NCBI GenBank assembly: GCA_039208735.1
Contig: JBCCQY010000033.1
Coordinates: forward strand, 1 to 64,000
From: Myxococcota bacterium
Lineage (GTDB): Bacteria; Myxococcota_A; UBA796; GCA-2862545
DNA: 64,000 nt
Direction: 5' to 3'
The notes below the pieces were generated by a model, which was not told the origin of the DNA, ran no database searches, and saw only the letters and a list, made by a program, of their open reading frames with translations. This document shows positions 9,181 through 17,742 of this stretch, in pieces. Each line of letters starts with the position of its first letter. Position 1 is the stretch's first letter. The position numbers were made by a program, and so were the translations under genes.

Positions 9181-9821
9181 CACACCCCCCACGCTCGTGC
9201 CAACGAGCGGCCGATCAACAGGGCGGTGAGCAGCAATGGCATCGCCCCGATGGCCAAGATCAAAAGCCACAACCACCCCACCCGAGGTTCGGGACGCGGC
9301 TGCGGAGCAAGCAACGTAAGTTGGAGGAAGTTCACGATGGGGTAGAACGCCAGCCCAAACGCACGCCGCCCCCGAAACACGTGGACACCATCCGCATCAT
9401 GAATGCCCACTGTGCGAAATCGCCCAAACCCCATGCGCGGTCCCCGAGCGACGAGAGCCCGAGCACTCGGTGTCGAAGACTCTGCTAAATAGCCTAGAAT
9501 CGTCAGCCGAGTGGGCAGCGAAGAGCGAAACACATTGGATTGGGCCCAGGTCTGAAGCGCCGAAGAATCTGCTTCGATGCAGTCGGCATCAACATGATCG
9601 ACCTGCCGCAGCCACACCACCACGCAGATCGACGTCAGCAGGTCGGGATGGAGGCGACGTCGCGTCGCTCGAACCTCGTGAGGCGTTTCCTCGAGGATGT
9701 CGAATCCCCGTTGCCGAAGTTCGCGCACCGATGCGGTCAGGCTGACGGGACGCGGCACCTCGCGGACATCCACCATGGTGGTGCGCGGCGGGGCAAACAC
9801 CTCTTCAGACTGGGTCGGCAT
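9177..9821 (-). CDS. Hypothetical membrane-anchored protein
   Basis: 214-aa ORF with SD AGGAG and a C-terminal hydrophobic helix. Translationally coupled to the macrodomain gene. Confidence 0.65.
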   Translation of the reverse strand: MPTQSEEVFAPPRTTMVDVREVPRPVSLTASVRELRQRGFDILEETPHEVRATRRRLHPDLLTSICVVVWLRQVDHVDADCIEADSSALQTWAQSNVFRSSLPTRLTILGYLAESSTPSARALVARGPRMGFGRFRTVGIHDADGVHVFRGRRAFGLAFYPIVNFLQLTLLAPQPRPEPRVGWLWLLILAIGAMPLLLTALLIGRSLARAWGVW

Positions 9822-9895
9822 GCTCCTTCATGACCTCCCCTTCGCGGGTCGGCACGCGTCGTGCAGAGACCGGTTCGTGCGCCTCCGGAGGTCCC

Positions 9896-11236
9896 GTGCT
9901 TTCTCCAACCCTCGTCGCCCGCTACGATCGCTCTGGCCCTCGCTACACGAGCTACCCCCCGGTCCCCCGCTGGCCCACCGACGTGGCCGACGATGCATGG
10001 ACGTCGTTTCTCGATGGCATCGACCGTCCCACTGCGCTCTACGTCCATGTCCCGTTCTGCTGGCAACAGTGCGCGTACTGCGGATGCAATATGGTGGTCA
10101 GCCGCCGACAGTCCGCCGGTGACCGCTACCTCGATGCACTCGCCAAGCAGATCGACACCTTGCCCCCGCTCGATCTGGCGTGGATCCACCTCGGTGGAGG
10201 CACCCCCACCTGGCTGTCGCCCGCCCAGCTCGATCGCCTGTTCCATCAGCTGGACAGGCGGGGTTCACGGCGCCCGCAGACCGAGGTCAGCATCGAGGTG
10301 GACCCTCGCTCCACTCACCTCGCCCACATCGACACGCTGGCCCGGCACCGCGTCACGCGGCTCTCGATCGGAGTGCAATCGCTCGATCCCACCGTCCTGC
10401 AGGGGGTCTCCCGAGCGACCGAGGCCGCGAAGATCGAACGACTCGTGGCGCACAGTCGCGCCCGAGGCATCGCGAGCGTCAACTTCGATCTGATGACGGG
10501 ACTTCCGCACCAGACGCCAGAAACCCTTCAACGAACCATCGATACGTTGCTCGAGTGGCGCCCGGATCGCCTCTCGGTGTTTGGCTACGCGCATGTGCCC
10601 TGGATGAAGTCCAACCAGCGCGCGATCGACGAATCCGCGCTGCCAAACGCCACCGAACGTGCCACGTTGCGCCTCATCGCCTACGACCGCCTCACCAAGG
10701 CAGGCTTTCGCGCCATCGGCTTCGACCACTTCGCCCGGCGAGGGGATGCGCTCGAGATGGCCCTTGGCCAGGGCACCTTAGGCCGGAACTTCATGGGGTA
10801 CACGCCGTACCGAGGACTTCCGGTCGTCGCCCTTGGGCCATCGGGGATCAGCGAGTTCGAAGGCCGATTCGTGCAGGTAGAGTCGCACCTTGGACGCTGG
10901 TACCGCGCCCTCGAACAACAGGGGCGCGTCCCGGTGGTGCGAGCCTACACCTCCGACCCTGATGACCGTCTGAACGCCGCCATCATCGAGGCCTTACTGT
11001 GCCAGGGGGCCATCGACACCGGCACGATTGAGCGGCGTTTTGGCCGCCTACCCGACTCGTGGACCGCGAGCCTGCAACGACTCGCCCCCCTCGAAGCGGA
11101 TGGGCTTGTCGAGCGGGGACCGGAGGGCGTGCGAGCTACCGAGCGCGGCCGGTTCTTTCTTCGGGTCATCGCCATGGCCTTCGATCCGGCCTTACCCAGG
11201 GATGAAGGAGTGAGGCGCTACTCCCGAACCGCTTGA
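9896..11236 (+). CDS. hemN: Oxygen-independent coproporphyrinogen III oxidase (radical SAM)
   Basis: Motifs GPRYTSYP, YVHVPFCWQQCAYCGC (CxxxCxxC), HLGGGTPT, YAHVPW, IGFDHFA and RNFMGY. GTG 9896 follows GGAGG; ATG 9830 is an alternative start. Confidence 0.93.
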   Translation: MLSPTLVARYDRSGPRYTSYPPVPRWPTDVADDAWTSFLDGIDRPTALYVHVPFCWQQCAYCGCNMVVSRRQSAGDRYLDALAKQIDTLPPLDLAWIHLGGGTPTWLSPAQLDRLFHQLDRRGSRRPQTEVSIEVDPRSTHLAHIDTLARHRVTRLSIGVQSLDPTVLQGVSRATEAAKIERLVAHSRARGIASVNFDLMTGLPHQTPETLQRTIDTLLEWRPDRLSVFGYAHVPWMKSNQRAIDESALPNATERATLRLIAYDRLTKAGFRAIGFDHFARRGDALEMALGQGTLGRNFMGYTPYRGLPVVALGPSGISEFEGRFVQVESHLGRWYRALEQQGRVPVVRAYTSDPDDRLNAAIIEALLCQGAIDTGTIERRFGRLPDSWTASLQRLAPLEADGLVERGPEGVRATERGRFFLRVIAMAFDPALPRDEGVRRYSRTA

Positions 11237-11291
11237 GCGTGGCAACCCCTGCGGGTGGTCGATATCCCACACGGGTTCGAAGGAGTTTCAT

Positions 11292-12977
11292 CTGGAGCCT
11301 CTGTACGGGAATACCGCCGGCCTGAAAGCGCAGCAATCCCGCGCCTTGCGCGCCTTGTACGGCCGCCGCGTCGACCGCAAACGCTACGTTTCCCCTCCGC
11401 TCGCCCGCGCGCTGACCGAAGTGAGCCGCAACACCGGACGCCGCATTGGGCTGTTGCTCGATCGCAACGGCAAGGTCGACCGGGTCGTGGTGGGCGATGC
11501 ACACCGGGTCTTCCTCCCCGACCTCGGGCCCCGACGTGCGGGGGCGGCGCGATTCCGTGGCGTGCGCTTGCTGCTGACCAACCTCGGTCCGGGCGGCCTC
11601 ACCGAAGACGATCTCACCGACCTGGCCTTGCTCCAGCTCGATGGGGTGGCGACGATCCGTGCGCTGCCCGACGGTCTGCCGGGCGAGATCGAATACGCCA
11701 CACTGCTTCCACCCGAGCCCTCCGCAGAACGGACGCCGGGATCCGAGGAGCTTTACCGTCGCGAACGCGTACCCTCGGTGCACCAGTGGGAGGACGATTG
11801 GTTCGTCCTCATCACCGATCTCGAAGCCCAGTTTGCCCGCTCCCCCCAACTCACTCGCATTGAGGGGAAGGATCGAACGATCTTGGTTGCGGTGTCGACC
11901 GGACGGTCCGAAAAGGCCCGCCGCGGACTCATCGAGTTGGCGCGTCTCGCCGACACAGCCGGCCTCACCGTGGTCGATGAAGTGCTGCAGCAGCGGCGCA
12001 AGATCGACGGTCGAACCGTGCTGGGGCAAGGCAAGCTGCAAGAGCTGGTCGTGCGTTCCATGCACCTCGGCGTCGAAGTGCTGGTCTTCGATCGCGAACT
12101 GTCGCCTTCGCAGCTCCGTAACATTGCTCAGAGTACCGATCTCAAGGTCCTGGACCGTACCCAGCTGATCCTCGACATCTTCGCCCAGCACGCCACCACT
12201 CGTGAGGGCAAGCTTCAGGTTGAACTTGCGCAATTGCGCTACCGCATGCCGCGGCTCGCCCTGATGCCGACCGCCATGTCGCGCCTCACCGGGGGCATCG
12301 GAGGACGCGGTCCGGGTGAAACCAAGCTCGAGATCAACCGTCGACGGGCCCAAGAACGGGTCACCCGGCTCGAGCGATAGCTGAAGAACCTGACCAAGCG
12401 GCGCTCTACACAACGCGGACGACGGGAACGGTCTCGCATTCCGGTCGCCAGCATCGTGGGCTACACGAACGCAGGAAAGTCGACGCTCCTCAACCGCATG
12501 ACGCGGTCCGAAGTCACGGCTGAAGATCAACTCTTTGCGACCCTCGATCCCACGACCCGGCGCATGCGATTTCCCGAGATGCGCGAGATCGTCCTCACCG
12601 ACACGGTGGGCTTCATCGAGGATCTCCCGCAGACCTTGGTCGCGGCCTTCCAGTCCACCCTTGAAGAACTCGAGGAAGCCGATCTGCTCCTGCATGTGCT
12701 CGACGCGAGCGACCCCAACGTAGGCCACCACATGCAGGCCGTGCAGGAGGTGCTCGAACGTCTCGGGATTCAGGACACCCCTCAGCTCTTGGTCTGGAAC
12801 AAGGCGGACGTGGCGGAGCCCGCCATGTTGCGTCAGCTCCTGGACGAGCATGAGGGCATCACGGTGTCCGCTCGTACCGGGGAAGGACTCGAGGGACTGC
12901 TGCACGAGGTCGAGCGACGGCTCTTCCGGGAGCAGTTGGCCCAAGCCCATCAGCAGGCCGAAAGCGCACCGCGGTAG
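11292..12977 (+). pseudogene. hflX: Ribosome-splitting GTPase HflX (long N-terminal form) interrupted by one in-frame TAG at 12378-12380
   Basis: ORFs 11346..12380 and 12456..12977 share a frame. N-part: VLDRTQLILDIFAQHA..EGKLQVELAQL, GGIGGRGPGETKLE. C-part: GYTNAGKST, DQLFATLDPT, DTVGF, NKAD, SARTG. Homology begins at CTG 11292 (LEPLYGNTAGLK), 6 nt after AGGAG. Confidence 0.88.
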
Positions 12978-13149
12978 AACGCGTCAGCCACGGAGGGCGT
13001 CTGCCACGGATGACGGCACGTTCTTGGTTGAGCGTTGGTTTGGGCGTTATTGGCGGGTTCGCGATTCGCTGGGCCCATCCCGGGTTCATCTGACGCGCGA
13101 CTCGATACATCCAACGCTATCGTGATCGTTCGAACCAGGGAGGAGCCAC

Positions 13150-15936
13150 GTGACCGTCCGTTCTCTGTCGTTCGCTCTCACCGCGGTGGGGTTGTTGGCG
13201 TGCAAAGCCAATGACTTTACCGAACGCGCAAACGTCCCCAACGCAGCCCTCATGGGCGTAGCGGGCGCCGATGGGGATGTGTGGGCGGTGGGAGCCCAAT
13301 CTGAGATCAACGCCGAGCCGCTCGTGCTTACGGGCCGCGACGGGAATCTCGAGCCCATATCGACGGGCCAACTCCAAGACCTCTGGTGGGTGCACGCCTG
13401 GGCAAGCGACGATGTGATGCTCGCGGGCAACGGCTCGACGGTCCTGCATTGGCAGGGGGACGGGTTCACCCGCATGGACACGCCGGGCTTCGGTCTACAG
13501 ACGATCTTTGGCCTATGGGGTCCGTCATCGAGCGACGTTTGGGCCGTCGGTGGATTCGCCGGACGGGCGGCCTTCGTATGGCGGTACGACGGCACGGCGT
13601 GGACCGAGGTGGATCTGCCCGACGACATCCCCACGACCCCCGCGGGGGAACTGCCCTCGCTGTTCAAGGTTTGGGGACGATCGGCAAACGACGTGTGGAT
13701 CGTGGGCGGCCTCGGAACCGTGCTGCACTGGAACGGGGAAGTCCTGTCGGTCGTGCCGTCTGGAACGACGGCAGACCTGTTCACCGTCACCGGCAACGAC
13801 GATGAGGTGGTTGCGGTCGGGGGTGGCGGGCAAGGCGTGGTCATCCGGGGTGGCCGGGACGGTTTTGTGGACGAAACGCCCCCGGGAGCCCCTCTCATCC
13901 AGGCCGCCTGGATGGACAACCGAGAGACCTGGATCGCAGGCGCCCAAGGCTACGCGGCCCGCAAGCGAGGCCGGCGCGACTACAAGCCAGTGGATCTCGG
14001 ATTTACCGAGGTACCGGGTAGCATCCACGCGGTGTGGTCGGATGGCCGAGACGTGTGGGCGGTCGGCGGTGACGTATTGACCCCGGAACTCGATGAGGGC
14101 GTCATCTACGCCAATACCGGCGATGCGATTTGGCGCCCTGATGAGCCTCCCACCGTCGAACCGACGTGTCCGGATGAAGCCATCGACCCCTACCCCGAAG
14201 GCAGCATGGCCCGGCGGTGGAACGAGCAGCTGCTCAATTCGATCCGCAGGGACATTCCGGATCCTCCGGTTCACGCGCGCAATTTGCTCCACACCTCGAT
14301 CGCGATGTTCGACGCCTGGGCGGCCTACCAAGACGTCGCCGTTCCCGTGGTTACCGCTGAATCGGTCACGGGAGACTCCGCGGACCAGGAAACCGCCATC
14401 GCGTACGCGGCCTTCCGCGTGATGTCGCACCGCTACGAAAACGCGGCCGGGGGCGCCGTCAGCCTCGATTGCTACCGTGCGTTCATGGGCGAGCTGGGGC
14501 TCGATCCCACCGACGATCACACCGATGGAGACGATGCCGTAGCCGTCGGCAATCGCATTGGTGAAGCGGTCATCACTCGGTTCGTGAACGATGGCGCCAA
14601 CGAAGCCAATGGCTACGCCGACACGACGGGATGGGAGCCTGGCAACCCGGTCATGATCGTCGATCGACCCGGAACGCCAGTCCAGGACCCCGACGTCTGG
14701 CAGCAGCTCAACCTGGCCACCGCCGAGACCCAGAACGGCATCGTGCTCGAAAGCAGCGTCCAGCCTTACATCGGTCCCCATTGGCGCAACGTGGAGCCGT
14801 TCGCCCTCGTGGCGGACCCCAAGACCGGCCTCTACAGCGACCCCGGCCCTGGCGGCCCCAGCGTCAGCGACCCTGAGATGGCGGACTGGGTCGTGCAGGT
14901 CATTCAGAAGACGGCCGAACTCGATCACCTCGACGGGGTCGAACTGGACATTGGGCCACGAGGCCGCGGCAACAACACGCTGGGGACCGACGACGGCGAG
15001 GGCTACGCGACGAACCCGGTCACGGGAGAGGCGTATGAACCCAACGTCGTGCCTCGTGGTGACTTTGCCCGGGTCGTAGCAGAAATGTGGGCGGACGGAC
15101 CGAAGTCCGAAACGCCGCCGGGCCACTGGACGAAGATCGCCAACGAAGTGAGCGACCGCCTCGTCGCGGACGAGCTGCGGCCGTACGGCGAGGCGTCCCC
15201 GGTGGATCGGCTGGCCTGGGACATCGGGCTGTACCTCGCCGTGACGGGAGCGGTGCACGATGCAGCGGTCAGTGCTTGGGAACTCAAGCGCGACTCGCTT
15301 GGCCCGCGCCCGATCACCCTCATTCGGTGGATGGCCGAAAACGGTCAGCGGACCGATCCCGATCTGCCGAGCTACTCGCCTGACGGCCTGCCCTTGGTGG
15401 ACGGACTCATCGAACTGATCACCGAGGAAACCACGGCGCCCGGCGAGCGCCACCGTCACCTCAAATTCCACATCGGCGAACTCGCCGTCTGGTCCTGGCC
15501 TGGAGAGCCTGGCGACCGCGATGGCGAATTCACCGAACTCCGCTGGATGCGCGCGCTCGACTGGATTCCGTATCAGCGCCGGACCTTCGTGACCCCCGCG
15601 TTCCCGGGCTACACCTCGGGCCACAGCACGTTCTCGAGGGCCGCGGCGGAGGCCCTCACGGCGTACACCGGCTCGCCTTGGTTCCCCGACGGACTGCACG
15701 AGTTCGTGGCTTCGGCCAACAACTACCTGGTGTTTGAGGAAGGCCCTAGCGTCGAGGTCCGTCTGCAATGGGCGAGCTACTACGATGCGGCCGATCAGGC
15801 TGGACAATCCCGCTTGTGGGGAGGCATCCACGTGTGGCCCGACGACTGGGTGGGACGCATCAACGGTCAACGCGCGGGCGTCGCCGCGAGCGAACGGGCG
15901 CAAGCCCATTGGGACGGCACTGCAGGCATCCCATGA
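13150..15936 (+). CDS. Lipoprotein with N-terminal beta-propeller-type repeats fused to a vanadium-dependent haloperoxidase/PAP2 domain
   Basis: SD GGAGGAG and lipobox LLAC. Repeated units LWG..SDVWAVG, VWG..NDVWIVG and VWSD..DVWAVG. C-terminal motifs KRDSLGPRP (KxxxxxxRP), PAFPGYTSGHS, SRLWGGIHVWPD and WADGPKSETPPGHW. Confidence 0.88.
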   Translation: MTVRSLSFALTAVGLLACKANDFTERANVPNAALMGVAGADGDVWAVGAQSEINAEPLVLTGRDGNLEPISTGQLQDLWWVHAWASDDVMLAGNGSTVLHWQGDGFTRMDTPGFGLQTIFGLWGPSSSDVWAVGGFAGRAAFVWRYDGTAWTEVDLPDDIPTTPAGELPSLFKVWGRSANDVWIVGGLGTVLHWNGEVLSVVPSGTTADLFTVTGNDDEVVAVGGGGQGVVIRGGRDGFVDETPPGAPLIQAAWMDNRETWIAGAQGYAARKRGRRDYKPVDLGFTEVPGSIHAVWSDGRDVWAVGGDVLTPELDEGVIYANTGDAIWRPDEPPTVEPTCPDEAIDPYPEGSMARRWNEQLLNSIRRDIPDPPVHARNLLHTSIAMFDAWAAYQDVAVPVVTAESVTGDSADQETAIAYAAFRVMSHRYENAAGGAVSLDCYRAFMGELGLDPTDDHTDGDDAVAVGNRIGEAVITRFVNDGANEANGYADTTGWEPGNPVMIVDRPGTPVQDPDVWQQLNLATAETQNGIVLESSVQPYIGPHWRNVEPFALVADPKTGLYSDPGPGGPSVSDPEMADWVVQVIQKTAELDHLDGVELDIGPRGRGNNTLGTDDGEGYATNPVTGEAYEPNVVPRGDFARVVAEMWADGPKSETPPGHWTKIANEVSDRLVADELRPYGEASPVDRLAWDIGLYLAVTGAVHDAAVSAWELKRDSLGPRPITLIRWMAENGQRTDPDLPSYSPDGLPLVDGLIELITEETTAPGERHRHLKFHIGELAVWSWPGEPGDRDGEFTELRWMRALDWIPYQRRTFVTPAFPGYTSGHSTFSRAAAEALTAYTGSPWFPDGLHEFVASANNYLVFEEGPSVEVRLQWASYYDAADQAGQSRLWGGIHVWPDDWVGRINGQRAGVAASERAQAHWDGTAGIP

Positions 15937-16979
15937 CCGCCCTGCTGGTCGCGTTGTTGGGGTGCCGGTCGGAGGTCTGCACCACCACGCCAACGACGCT
16001 GCCGATCGCACGGGGGACCGACGATGAAGTGCAGCTGCTCAACGACGTCTGGCAGACGTTTTCGGAGGCGGTGGCACCGGCAGAGTTGTGCCTGACGCGC
16101 ACCGAGGTGTGGTCCGTCAAAGAATGGCGCGTTGAGGGGCGTTATCGCTCGGTTCGGAGAAACATCTGGGTCGGCCGGGACGACCCCGAGCCGATGGCGA
16201 CCGCATTGCGTCATGAACTGTGCCACGCGTTCGATCAGCAAGTGCTCGAAGGCCGGCCCCCAAGCGACGCTTTCGACATCGACGTGCGCCTGGCGGGCGC
16301 TCATCCCGGGAAGCTCCCGGCTCGGGAAGCCTTCGCCTGGGCGTGCAGCCTGGAGCCCACGCTCATTCCCGCCTACCATGCTGCGTCGTGCGACCCCGAC
16401 CTCGGGTCCGAGCCCTTTTCCCACCTGGCGACGCAGGTGTACTCGGGTCTGGAACCCGCCCCTGAATTCAGGCTACCCAGGCTCGAGATTGCCGACCCCA
16501 CGCTGATGGCTCGCGAGGCCATCGTGAGCATCGAACCGTTCGCGCAAGTCGAGAACACCATCGGGGTGTTCCTCGATTTCGACGACGCCACGAGCGCGGG
16601 TGAGCTGACCTGGATCGATCTGGCCACCGGGCGGCTGCGCCCCCAACCCCCGGAAGCCAACGTCCAGCTCTTGATCTTCGCTCCCGCAGGGGCGCTGCCC
16701 CCGACCGGCTCCCTGGCGCTGCCCTTCTACACGGCGATGAGCAACACCACCGAAGTGGCATTGGTCGAAACCGCATTGTTGTCGGGCTACGTGCAGCGCG
16801 CGCTGCTTCGTCGCGACGGTGAACGCTGGGGGGCCTCCCCCGACGCCTGCGGCATCCCTCTAGACGGCCGCACAAGCTTCTTTCTGCTCGACCGAGGGCG
16901 TCACCTCACATCGTTGTCTGCGCTGGACGACAACCGCCTTGTGGTGGTGGGCTGGGACGGCGTGCTCACCGAAGGGTGA
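15933..16979 (+). CDS. Hypothetical lipoprotein with HExxH zincin-like motif
   Basis: MTALLVALLGC lipobox and ALRHELCHAFD motif. ATGA overlap with the haloperoxidase gene. Confidence 0.7.
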   Translation: MTALLVALLGCRSEVCTTTPTTLPIARGTDDEVQLLNDVWQTFSEAVAPAELCLTRTEVWSVKEWRVEGRYRSVRRNIWVGRDDPEPMATALRHELCHAFDQQVLEGRPPSDAFDIDVRLAGAHPGKLPAREAFAWACSLEPTLIPAYHAASCDPDLGSEPFSHLATQVYSGLEPAPEFRLPRLEIADPTLMAREAIVSIEPFAQVENTIGVFLDFDDATSAGELTWIDLATGRLRPQPPEANVQLLIFAPAGALPPTGSLALPFYTAMSNTTEVALVETALLSGYVQRALLRRDGERWGASPDACGIPLDGRTSFFLLDRGRHLTSLSALDDNRLVVVGWDGVLTEG

Positions 16980-16989
16980 GCGCCCGGCG

Positions 16990-17613
16990 TCAACGTCCGT
17001 CCAAATCCGCATTCTCGAGCGGGGGTCGAACCTGTTGCCAGGCGTCGGTGAAGGTCACGCCTCGGCGGCGAACCTCGACCCCTTCAAAGGGTCCTTCGAC
17101 GATCTCGTGAATGTGCTGCTCAGCGTGCCAGTCCTGGCCGTCGGCCTGGACCTGGAGGCGCACCACGAAGGTGCCCTCATCGCCCACGGCGGCATCCGGA
17201 TCCCGAGCCAACAGGGTGAAGGGTCCGCACAACGTGGTCGCGGGAACCCAGGGATCGAGTTCGACGGGCGGCCCGTCGCGTCCTTGCCACGTCACCGAGG
17301 CCACCGGCTCCGTGACGGTTCGCCCTCGACCCAATTGCGCCCGGAATCGGTACACCCGGTGACCTCCGGAGGTACCCCGGGAGGCGACCGGAGCGATCGC
17401 AAGGGGCAAAGTTGAAACTGCGCGCAACGCCGACGAAAGGTAGCCCGCGCCGCCGATCGAACCGGCCGCCGCAACGGCCAGTAGGACGTCGAGCCACGCT
17501 GCCGTTGCGGTCGGCACGATGGCGGCGCCGAACAAGACCCCCGATCCAAGCAACGACCAGATCCCAAATCGACCGAACCGTTCCGCAACCTTGAGGGTGG
17601 TCTCGGTGTGCAA
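16990..17613 (-). CDS. Membrane protein resembling a degenerate KirBac (inward-rectifier K+ channel) inner helix plus cytoplasmic domain
   Basis: TTG start after AGGAGG, hydrophobic N-terminus, then a beta-rich domain that aligns by eye with the KirBac C-domain. The family assignment is inference. Confidence 0.6.
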   Translation of the reverse strand: MHTETTLKVAERFGRFGIWSLLGSGVLFGAAIVPTATAAWLDVLLAVAAAGSIGGAGYLSSALRAVSTLPLAIAPVASRGTSGGHRVYRFRAQLGRGRTVTEPVASVTWQGRDGPPVELDPWVPATTLCGPFTLLARDPDAAVGDEGTFVVRLQVQADGQDWHAEQHIHEIVEGPFEGVEVRRRGVTFTDAWQQVRPPLENADLDGR

Positions 17614-17742
17614 TAGGCCTCCTACTTCGGCGTAAGATAGTCGACCCCAGGGTGGTCACCGTGTGGTCGTTTGTCCATTCGGCTACGCAGAGTACGTTGA
17701 GCGCCCGGGCCGTCCGTCCGGTCGCGGTGGAGGAGCAAAGAG

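Noticed and set aside
8725..9821. DarTG toxin-antitoxin system
   Set aside because: No DarT-like ADP-ribosyltransferase is adjacent, and the DarG catalytic Lys motif is absent.
12378..12380. Genome-wide amber recoding or pyrrolysine as the explanation for the hflX TAG
   Set aside because: TAG ends several genes at their expected C-termini (FAAL, GST, lon, the sigma-54 activator), and no pyl genes are in the window.
11166..12950. 594-aa minus-strand ORF, and similar long antisense ORFs (13525..16011, 21495..23300, 37928..39709, 41040..42374)
   Set aside because: These are shadow ORFs opposite well-supported genes, expected in high-GC DNA, and they carry no motifs of their own.
13014..13030. 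CGGCACGTTCTTGGT as a sigma-54 promoter for the haloperoxidase gene
   Set aside because: It lacks the -12 GC at the required GG-N10-GC spacing.
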